A stretch of 63,998 bases of DNA, the filler included, from Octopus bimaculoides (lineage: Eukaryota): NCBI RefSeq assembly GCF_001194135.2. It is 9 parts of 9 records of this genome, joined end to end, with 100 filler letters (N's around TTAATTAATTAA, not from the genome) between each part and the next. Parts side by side here need not be neighbours in the genome. Positions count along the whole stretch, not along the records: positions 62,394 to 63,998 come from NC_069005.1; 8 more parts are not named here. The stretch is one strand, 5' to 3'. The number at the start of each line of letters is the position of its first letter. The stretch's first letter is position 1. This document shows positions 63,909 to 63,998 of this stretch, one piece after another. The position numbers and the translations under genes are program-made. The notes under the pieces are model-generated. The model had not been told where the DNA came from. It was given only the letters and a program-made list of their open reading frames with translations, and made no database searches.

Positions 63909-63998
63909 GTTAAATAAAGACCCAGTATTGTAACAGCTCCGTTTACACTCTAGAATCTCCATTTTAAATACTCTTAAGTATATTTCTCATACAGCGTT

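Overview
Repeat-dense eukaryotic genomic window with many N gaps. The AT-rich, microsatellite-saturated composition, SINE/LINE families and TTAATTAATTAA gap fillers suggest a coleoid cephalopod, probably Octopus (inference, not verified). The only well-supported host gene is the 3' part of a minus-strand SLC22/Orct-like organic ion transporter: three phase-compatible exons at 17534-17760, 14175-14356 and 12704-12871 (about 191 aa, roughly TM7-TM12). Its 5' exons were not found in the window. Two phase-compatible plus-strand exons (30408-30467, 30590-30662) probably encode the C-terminus of a second, unidentified gene. The rest is transposon debris: several R4/Dong-like LINE fragments, RTE, CR1, L1/Tx1, HERO-like, CRE-like and Penelope-like pieces, a near-full-length hAT, Tc1/mariner and piggyBac-like MITEs, at least four SINE families, and foldback elements. 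The most interesting signal is a set of hammerhead-ribozyme-like motifs in different contexts: an inverted pair in a palindrome (24.8-25.0 kb), a near-canonical copy in a foldback (50.2 kb), one fused behind a Pol III A/B-box head (57.2 kb), a possible non-circularly permuted one (56.8 kb) and a core-deleted relic (18.9 kb). Also notable is a His (CAT) at the SLC22 TM11 charge-selectivity position, one A-to-I edit away from the usual Arg. All folds and family assignments were made by eye; no searches or folding programs were run, and repeat boundaries are approximate.
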